From: a virus
Lineage: Duplodnaviria > Caudoviricetes
Length of the DNA stretch: 42,928 bases
Reading direction: 5' to 3' (one strand)
Virus record (IMG/VR): IMGVR_UViG_3300029267_000809
Location: 1 to 42,928 of that record
Both the position numbers and the translations under genes were made by a program. Of the stretch, positions 36,638 to 42,928 are shown one piece after another (the stretch's first letter is position 1; the number at the start of each line of letters is the position of its first letter). The notes under the pieces were generated by a model. That model did not search any database. It saw only the letters and a program-made list of their open reading frames with translations, and was not told the origin of the DNA.

Positions 36638-37032
36638 TGAAAATACGAGACCTAGATGATAAACTGATTGATTGGAAACCTAAGACTAAGGTATCTGGTA
36701 GAAATGGTAGCCTTTTACATCAAAGGGCCGGTAAACTTCTGAATGCTATATATCCCACTTTGCATATTTTAGAAGAAGTTCCTGTACCAATTCGTGATAA
36801 ACAAACCCTCTACCTAGACTACTATATTCCTGTGCTTAATACTGCCGTAGAAATACAGGGAGAGCAACATTTCAAATATACTCCACATTTCCATAAGTCT
36901 ATCATGGGATTTGCCAAGGCTAGGCAAAGAGATGCGGACAAGTCTTTATGGTGTGAAAATAATGGAATTATTCTAATACAACTACCCTTTAATGAGGACG
37001 ATAATGACTGGACCACAAGAATCAAGGGATAG
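36637..37032 (+). CDS. Vsr/DUF559-like PD-(D/E)xK endonuclease
   Basis: LDYYIP....VEIQGEQH, RDADK..WC..NGI.LI. Confidence 0.75.
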   Translation: MKIRDLDDKLIDWKPKTKVSGRNGSLLHQRAGKLLNAIYPTLHILEEVPVPIRDKQTLYLDYYIPVLNTAVEIQGEQHFKYTPHFHKSIMGFAKARQRDADKSLWCENNGIILIQLPFNEDDNDWTTRIKG

Positions 37033-37522
37033 TGTTGATTCTCGTATGGATAAAATCAACGAAGCTCTTAATAACTATGAGAAGTCTACTGGACTTCCTA
37101 TATTGAGTCCTCCTGGTACACAATCTGAACTAGAGATGTATTTAAACCAAGAGCGTAGTACCACGGAATCTTTGTCGGCTTCTGAGTGTGGTAGTTTGAG
37201 TTTTAGATTACAGCAATATGCATTCCATATTCAAAGATGTATCAATTTAGAAAAGTCTCGCTCTCTATGGGCTAATGCTCTTTTAAAAGAAACAACTTCA
37301 AAATACCTAAATAACTATGACAGTTATACTAAGTATGAAGTTAAAGTTAGCTTGATATGTCAAGAAAATGCATTTGCAAGCAAGCTTCAAAAAATTATTA
37401 ACTATGCAGAACAAAGAATAGCTAGATTAGATTCCTTGGCATATAGTTTACAGGCCATGGCCAAAACTGTAGGAGACATACAGCGGGCTAAGATATCTGA
37501 AATATATGCAGAAAAGGAATAG
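37004..37522 (+). CDS. helical hypothetical protein (possible recombination mediator; start uncertain)
   Basis: Coiled-coil composition; lies in the RecA-DnaB operon. Confidence 0.55.
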   Translation: MTGPQESRDSVDSRMDKINEALNNYEKSTGLPILSPPGTQSELEMYLNQERSTTESLSASECGSLSFRLQQYAFHIQRCINLEKSRSLWANALLKETTSKYLNNYDSYTKYEVKVSLICQENAFASKLQKIINYAEQRIARLDSLAYSLQAMAKTVGDIQRAKISEIYAEKE

Positions 37523-37531
37523 GAGGCAATT

Positions 37532-38077
37532 ATGGGAATTAGAGAACAACTAGAATCCCTAGACAAAGACGAGCTAATTGATATGTTGGCAGGAGCACTG
37601 TCAAAAAAAGAAGAGGCTCCGCAAAAGTCTAAACGTAGACAAAACAGGGGGAAAAAGAAGCCAGAACAACAGGCTCAAACCTTAAGCGGAAAAGGCGGTA
37701 GGAAAAAGAAAAGCGGCAAGAAGCGTCGTGGTCAGGGTGGCTTTGATGTTCAAGAGCACCGAAGAAAACGCAGCCAGGGTAGGCGGGGGAAAACCGCTAA
37801 AAACTTTGCCCCACCAGAGCCTATGGTAATTCCAGCAGAGGGTAGACCCAATCTATTCTTAGATATGCCAGTCAGTAATCAGTTTAAAGATGATGTGGCG
37901 ATTGATAAGAAATTAAGCGGGGGCGTTGCCAGAGAGCCTAGGCGTGGTAAGATTGACTATATTGAAATGGAATGTTCTAGGTGTGGAGAAGAGTGGGAGG
38001 TTCTACCAAGTCAATTGGTGAATGACCCGGATGAAGGTTATTATTTTATATGTGATGAATGTGGCAATAGTAGGTAA
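37532..38077 (+). CDS. basic protein with C-terminal zinc finger
   Basis: Lys/Arg-rich centre; CSRC...CDEC; AGGAGG RBS. Confidence 0.7.
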   Translation: MGIREQLESLDKDELIDMLAGALSKKEEAPQKSKRRQNRGKKKPEQQAQTLSGKGGRKKKSGKKRRGQGGFDVQEHRRKRSQGRRGKTAKNFAPPEPMVIPAEGRPNLFLDMPVSNQFKDDVAIDKKLSGGVAREPRRGKIDYIEMECSRCGEEWEVLPSQLVNDPDEGYYFICDECGNSR

Positions 38078-38085
38078 GAGAATAT

Positions 38086-39573
38086 ATGACAGATTATCTT
38101 GGAGATAAAGCAGCGGAAAGAGGGGTGTTGGCTGGCATTTGCCGGTATGGGAATGATGCGTACCTAGAAGTGGCGGATATGGTACAAGAAAGCACATTCA
38201 CCGATAAGTCTAACAAAATTATATTCAAGTGTCTTAAACATATATTAGAAAATGACGATAGTGCTGATGTTGATGTGGCATCTATCCATTCTGCCGGTAG
38301 CGAACTAGGAGTTGGGCACATCCTATCTAAACCATCCGAAGGAGCCCATTTAGCGGCAATTTTCAAGTTCCCCGTCGTGCTAACCAATATACGTAAATTT
38401 GCAGCTAAAATTCGCAAGTTTGAAATTACACGACTACTACACGACCAGCTTGAACAGGCTCAAGACCAATTACTAGAAATTGAGGGTCACGAGTCTATTA
38501 CTCATATCCTGGGTATTGCAGAAGAAACCGTCTTTGACTTTACTAGTCTACTAAATGATGGTGCGGATATCCCAACTGCAATGTCTGAGAATATTGACGA
38601 CTATGTACAAGACCTGATTGATAATCCCGTAGAACAAATTGGTTTGTCCACTGGCTTCAAAAACTATGATAAGGCCATTGGTGGAGGATTACGACCGGGA
38701 GCCATTAGTATTGTTGGAGCCCGCATGAAGGTGGGTAAAACAGTATTCACGGATAATGTGGGATATCATGTGGCAGGACACCTAGAAACCCCCGTCTTAA
38801 ATCTCGATACGGAAATGATGAAAGAAGACCACGTATGCAGGTCTCTAGCTATGTTAAGTAGTGTGGAAATTAACCGTATTGCCACAGGACAATTTGGACA
38901 GTGCGAAAATGAAACGGCACGTGTCAAAGATGCCGCAGACAAGCTAAAGAAAACCGGCAATCGTTACATGCATAAGTCTATTGCCGGAATGCCCTTTGAA
39001 GAACAATTGGCAGTAATGCGAAGATGGGTTACAAAAGAGGTGGGTTTAAATGACGATGGCACAGCAAAGAACTGCCTCATTATCTATGACTATCTTAAAT
39101 TGATGAATTCGGGAGATGTGTCTGGTGCCCTACAGGAATATCAAATCCTTGGCTTTATGATGACTAGTCTACATAACTTTGCCGTTCGTTATAAAGTCCC
39201 ACTACTTGTTCTCATCCAGCTTAATAGAGATGGCATCGAAAAAGAAGGTACAGACGTAGCATCAGGCTCAGATAGAATTGGTTGGCTTTGTTCTAATCTC
39301 ACAATATACAAGCCAAAATCTGCTGAAGAAATTACCATGGATGGGGGGCCAGAGCAAGGGACTCATAAGTTAGTGCCTATTGTAGCAAGGCATGGTCCCG
39401 GCATGAGTTCTAATAACTATATTAACTGTGTAATGAAGGGCAGTTGTGCCCAAATCCGCGAATTAAAAACTAAGCACGAATTGGAAAGAGAAAGAGAGCT
39501 AGAAGCCACTGGCTTTGAATTGCAGAATAGTGAGTATGACCCAGACCAACACGAACCTATTGAATTTAAGTGA
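38086..39573 (+). CDS. dnaB: replicative DnaB-like helicase
   Basis: AERGVLAG, Walker A GARMKVGKT, DTEM, IIYDYL, QLNR, ARHG. Confidence 0.93.
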   Translation: MTDYLGDKAAERGVLAGICRYGNDAYLEVADMVQESTFTDKSNKIIFKCLKHILENDDSADVDVASIHSAGSELGVGHILSKPSEGAHLAAIFKFPVVLTNIRKFAAKIRKFEITRLLHDQLEQAQDQLLEIEGHESITHILGIAEETVFDFTSLLNDGADIPTAMSENIDDYVQDLIDNPVEQIGLSTGFKNYDKAIGGGLRPGAISIVGARMKVGKTVFTDNVGYHVAGHLETPVLNLDTEMMKEDHVCRSLAMLSSVEINRIATGQFGQCENETARVKDAADKLKKTGNRYMHKSIAGMPFEEQLAVMRRWVTKEVGLNDDGTAKNCLIIYDYLKLMNSGDVSGALQEYQILGFMMTSLHNFAVRYKVPLLVLIQLNRDGIEKEGTDVASGSDRIGWLCSNLTIYKPKSAEEITMDGGPEQGTHKLVPIVARHGPGMSSNNYINCVMKGSCAQIRELKTKHELERERELEATGFELQNSEYDPDQHEPIEFK

Positions 39574-40690
39574 TGATGATAAGGACATTATCCAGCATGA
39601 ACTATTGTCTAATTTTGAAGATGTTTTACACCACTTTAATGTAGACTTACAAAAGACAGACGAAATGTTCATAGGATGCTGTCCTATTCATGGTGGTAAT
39701 AATACTACCGCATTTAATATGTATCGTGATAGTTATGGGAATTGGAATTGTAATACTAGACAGTGCGAAAACACATTCATGGCTACCCCCATTGGATTTG
39801 TTAGGGGTATGCTGTCTAGAGAAAAGTATGATTGGGAATTTCCCGGAGATAAAACAGTATCTTTCCCTGCCGCTTTAGAGTGGGTCTATAAATATCTTGA
39901 TAAAGATGTGCCAACACCTAGTGAAAACGAAGAATCTAGGGAAAAACAGAACTTTATCAACCAGATGCAAACCTTTTCTGGCAAAAAATCCCCAAAATTG
40001 TCAGGAATTTCTAGAAAAATCGCACAAAAGTCTTTACAAATCCCATCAGCGTACTATATTAATAGAGGATATTCCCCGGAAATTCTCGAAAAGTACGACG
40101 TTGGACTCTGCGACACCAAGGGCAAGCAGATGTACAACAGGGTTGTCGTACCTATCTATGATGAAAATCACCGAATAGTTGTTGGGTGTACCGGGAGAAT
40201 TAAGTGGGACCAGTGTAAAGACTGTAGGACATATCATAATCCCGTCTTACCATGCCCCCCACCCGACTTTCGTCAAAATATCATATATAGTAAATGGAAG
40301 CATAGTAAGGGTCTATCTACTAAATTCCACTTGTATAATTACTGGTTTGCTAAGACGCACATACAAGAAACCGGAATTGCCATTCTTGTTGAAAGCCCCG
40401 GTAATGTATGGAGGATTGAAGAGGCTGGACTACATATGTCTGTTGCTACTTTTGGAGCTAAACTAACAGACCAACAGCTAGATATCTTAGACAGAAGTGG
40501 AGCAATGACCCTAATTGTCCTAGGAGATAATGATAAAGCCGGTCAACTTTATGCGGAACGTATTATTGAGAAATGTGGAAATAGATATAACATAGTTGTC
40601 CCAACATTTCCTGGTGGAGATATAGCAGATAACTATGCCACAGATGTACATAAACTTTTGAGCCCCATTGTTAAGAGATATAGTATATGA
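39536..40690 (+). CDS. DNA primase (Zn-binding + TOPRIM)
   Basis: CPIH...WNCNTRQC; RVVVPI...VGCTGR; ILVES; GDND; follows helicase. Confidence 0.88.
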   Translation: MTQTNTNLLNLSDDDKDIIQHELLSNFEDVLHHFNVDLQKTDEMFIGCCPIHGGNNTTAFNMYRDSYGNWNCNTRQCENTFMATPIGFVRGMLSREKYDWEFPGDKTVSFPAALEWVYKYLDKDVPTPSENEESREKQNFINQMQTFSGKKSPKLSGISRKIAQKSLQIPSAYYINRGYSPEILEKYDVGLCDTKGKQMYNRVVVPIYDENHRIVVGCTGRIKWDQCKDCRTYHNPVLPCPPPDFRQNIIYSKWKHSKGLSTKFHLYNYWFAKTHIQETGIAILVESPGNVWRIEEAGLHMSVATFGAKLTDQQLDILDRSGAMTLIVLGDNDKAGQLYAERIIEKCGNRYNIVVPTFPGGDIADNYATDVHKLLSPIVKRYSI

Positions 40691-40848
40691 ATTACCACAA
40701 AAATATTAAAAGACAAAGAAATGCGGTAATGTGTTTTGAGTTTTGGTCTGATATCAATTGTGATATAACTTGGCTAGTTGGAGAAAAAGTACAAAGACCA
40801 CTACTAAATATAATAATAGACACTAGACGAATAATTAGAGAAGGATAA
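40687..40848 (+). CDS. 53 aa hypothetical protein (not in ORF track)
   Basis: ATGA overlap with primase and TAATG overlap with kinase; fills the gap exactly. Confidence 0.55.
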   Translation: MNYHKNIKRQRNAVMCFEFWSDINCDITWLVGEKVQRPLLNIIIDTRRIIREG

Positions 40849-41687
40849 TGACACAAAAAATATTAGGAATTAGCGGTCGTAAACAGGCTGGTAAAAATAC
40901 AGTAGCCAACTTTTTGATTGGCCTTATGATGAGTAGTCTTGGTATTGTTCATCATAGATTTATGATTGATAAGAACGGTAGACTAGCTATTGAAGACCTG
41001 TATGGAGACAAAAGGTTTGAGGGTATTTTTGATGTTCAGCGTAATACCCCAGAAATGAAACAGTTTCGAGAAGACGCTTTAGACCCATACATTAAACTAT
41101 ATAGTTTTGCCGACCTTCTTAAGCAAGAAGTATGTGTAAATATTCTAGGTCTTACCTGGGAACAGTGTTATGGTGGAGACGATGATAAAAATTCCCTAAC
41201 ACATTTGAAGTGGGAAGATATGCCGGGAATTACTTGTGATGAATCATATAATGACAGAGCCGTTCAAGAAGTTTGTGGTATGATGTTGAACGAATGTTTG
41301 CAATATCATGAACCTGGACAAATGACCGCTCGTGAAGTACTACAATATGTAGGCACAGATATTTTCCGTAAGATGTATGGAAACGTATGGGCAGACGCCA
41401 CTATTAAGAAAGTAAAAGAAGATGGGGCAGATTTAGCAATCATTTGTGATGCTAGATTCCCTAATGAAGTAAATACCGTTCAAAATGCTGGTGGTAAGGT
41501 TATGAGATTGGCTCGTAATCCATTTAATGACCAGCATGCTAGTGAAACCGCATTGGACCCTGAGAACTTTGATTGGAATACATTTGACTGGATTGTGGAT
41601 AACAAAGATATGAATATCGGACAACAAAACGATGCAGTCTACACCCCATTAGCGGAAATTGGGTGGATACCAGAGATTAAAGGGTAA
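40848..41687 (+). CDS. deoxynucleoside monophosphate kinase
   Basis: GISGRKQAGKNT, SFADLLK, REVLQYVGT, DARFPNE, HASE. Confidence 0.88.
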   Translation: MTQKILGISGRKQAGKNTVANFLIGLMMSSLGIVHHRFMIDKNGRLAIEDLYGDKRFEGIFDVQRNTPEMKQFREDALDPYIKLYSFADLLKQEVCVNILGLTWEQCYGGDDDKNSLTHLKWEDMPGITCDESYNDRAVQEVCGMMLNECLQYHEPGQMTAREVLQYVGTDIFRKMYGNVWADATIKKVKEDGADLAIICDARFPNEVNTVQNAGGKVMRLARNPFNDQHASETALDPENFDWNTFDWIVDNKDMNIGQQNDAVYTPLAEIGWIPEIKG

Positions 41688-42743
41688 ATGTCGATACCAA
41701 TTACGTATTTTAGAAGTAGTTCTTATAGTTGCCACGACCAATGTCCTCAAAAATTCTTCGGTGAATACATCCTGGGATGGTCTGGATTATCCAATAAAAA
41801 AGCAGACCAGGGCACGATAGTTCATAAAGTAATGGAAATTCTAGCTGCGGCTAAACTAGCTAAGCAGCAGAACAAGAGAATTATACATGATGAAATAGCG
41901 GGGCGGGTTACTACTAACTTTAATAAGTTGGAAATTGACCCCCTTACAGAACAAGTATATGATTACTATGCTGCGGCATTTGACCATCATGAGTGGGAGG
42001 ATGCGGATTTACGGCGTTGTAAGAGATTAGTGCATAAGGCTCTGGATTTTAACAATGGGGCCTTTGACCCGCGAATGCGCACTATTGTTGATGTTGAGCA
42101 GCAATTTGATATTGAGATTAACGAACCGTGGGCTGCCTATGACTATAATTGGCATGGTGAAAAGCTGACCGGAAATTTGTCTATTAAGGGTACAGTAGAC
42201 CTTATTACGGAGATTGATACGGGCATTTATGAGATTGTCGATTGGAAAACCGGCAAGGCCATTAATTGGACAACCGGAGAAGATATTACGTATGAATCCT
42301 GTAGAAAAAATCCCCAATTGCGCATATATCACTTTGCATGCTGCCAGCTATACCCTGAAGCAGAACATATTATACTCACTGTATACTACATCGACCATAA
42401 TAAACCCTTTACGGTACAATTTGGACGGGAAGATATTCCCGACACGCTAGAAATAATTCGCACTAAGTTTGAGGATATTAAATCAACCTCTCAACCTAAA
42501 CTAAATAAGTCATGGAAGTGTAATAGGCTTTGCAGTCTTGGTAAAACAACATTTGAAGACACACATGTATTGCCCATATTAGAAAAGAGGCGGGGGCAAG
42601 TTACTCCCTGTGGAGAATGGATGACTAAGTGTGAACAGATTAAATACTGTTTAGAGCATAGAACAGTCGAAGAAGTTACAGAAAATATGTCTGAGCAAGG
42701 TTATAATCCTACTAAATATAAATCGCCGGGAAGTACAGAATGA
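41688..42743 (+). CDS. PD-(D/E)xK exonuclease (Cas4/RecB-like)
   Basis: SSY....CP, GTIVH, VEQQF, KGTVDL, IVDWKTG, QL.IY, C-terminal Cys cluster. Confidence 0.85.
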   Translation: MSIPITYFRSSSYSCHDQCPQKFFGEYILGWSGLSNKKADQGTIVHKVMEILAAAKLAKQQNKRIIHDEIAGRVTTNFNKLEIDPLTEQVYDYYAAAFDHHEWEDADLRRCKRLVHKALDFNNGAFDPRMRTIVDVEQQFDIEINEPWAAYDYNWHGEKLTGNLSIKGTVDLITEIDTGIYEIVDWKTGKAINWTTGEDITYESCRKNPQLRIYHFACCQLYPEAEHIILTVYYIDHNKPFTVQFGREDIPDTLEIIRTKFEDIKSTSQPKLNKSWKCNRLCSLGKTTFEDTHVLPILEKRRGQVTPCGEWMTKCEQIKYCLEHRTVEEVTENMSEQGYNPTKYKSPGSTE

Positions 42744-42892
42744 ACAAGCAGGATGTTCTTGTAACATACGACAGAGTTAGGCGATTAACATGGCAAAGAA
42801 TTCATAACGAACACATTAATTATACCGACGCCAATACTCTTAATAGAGCAATAATGAATGCCGTTGGATATCAAAGATTGATTAGAGAATAA
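42740..42892 (+). CDS. 50 aa hypothetical protein (not in ORF track)
   Basis: ATGA overlap; MNKQDVLVTYDRVRR...QRLIRE. Confidence 0.5.
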   Translation: MNKQDVLVTYDRVRRLTWQRIHNEHINYTDANTLNRAIMNAVGYQRLIRE

Positions 42893-42928
42893 AGGAATAC
42901 GTAATGGCCGCACTTATTAGATGGTGGA

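Noticed and set aside
1-42928. CRISPR array, tRNA genes, DGR or retron
   Set aside because: No regularly spaced repeats, no cloverleaf with a T-arm consensus, and no reverse transcriptase or TR/VR pair seen by eye.

Overview
Tailed dsDNA phage sequence (Caudoviricetes) made of at least two compositionally distinct blocks. Block A (1 to about 32.3 kb; GATC-rich, GCGC-poor by eye) is a lambda/Mu-like siphovirus. It encodes a GpA-type large terminase with a Lys-rich extension, a gpW-like adaptor, a lambda-family portal, a fused protease-scaffold-major capsid protein, DUF2190, head-tail and tail-tube genes, a membrane/papain-like protease/DUF1353 cassette, a -1 frameshifted tail chaperone, a tape measure protein and two GT25 glycosyltransferases. 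A leftward early region follows (sulfotransferase, DUF932, DGQHR-like protein) under divergent sigma70-like promoters. The gene set resembles Planctomycetota-type phages (inference only). Block B (about 32.3-42.9 kb; no GATC found by eye) has a C5 cytosine methyltransferase, an orphan IS607 TnpA and a replication/recombination module (RecA/UvsX, endonuclease, DnaB, primase, dNMP kinase, Cas4-like nuclease). The join may be natural mosaicism or an assembly chimera. The most striking observation is a non-coding region at 26.17-26.58 kb. On the minus strand it holds a free-standing copy of the 23S rRNA L1 stalk (H76-H78) with compensatory stem changes and an expanded H78, next to further structured RNA with mutually exclusive pairings. 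Block A also carries three distinct dispersed sequence motifs. All calls are from reading the sequence; no searches were run.
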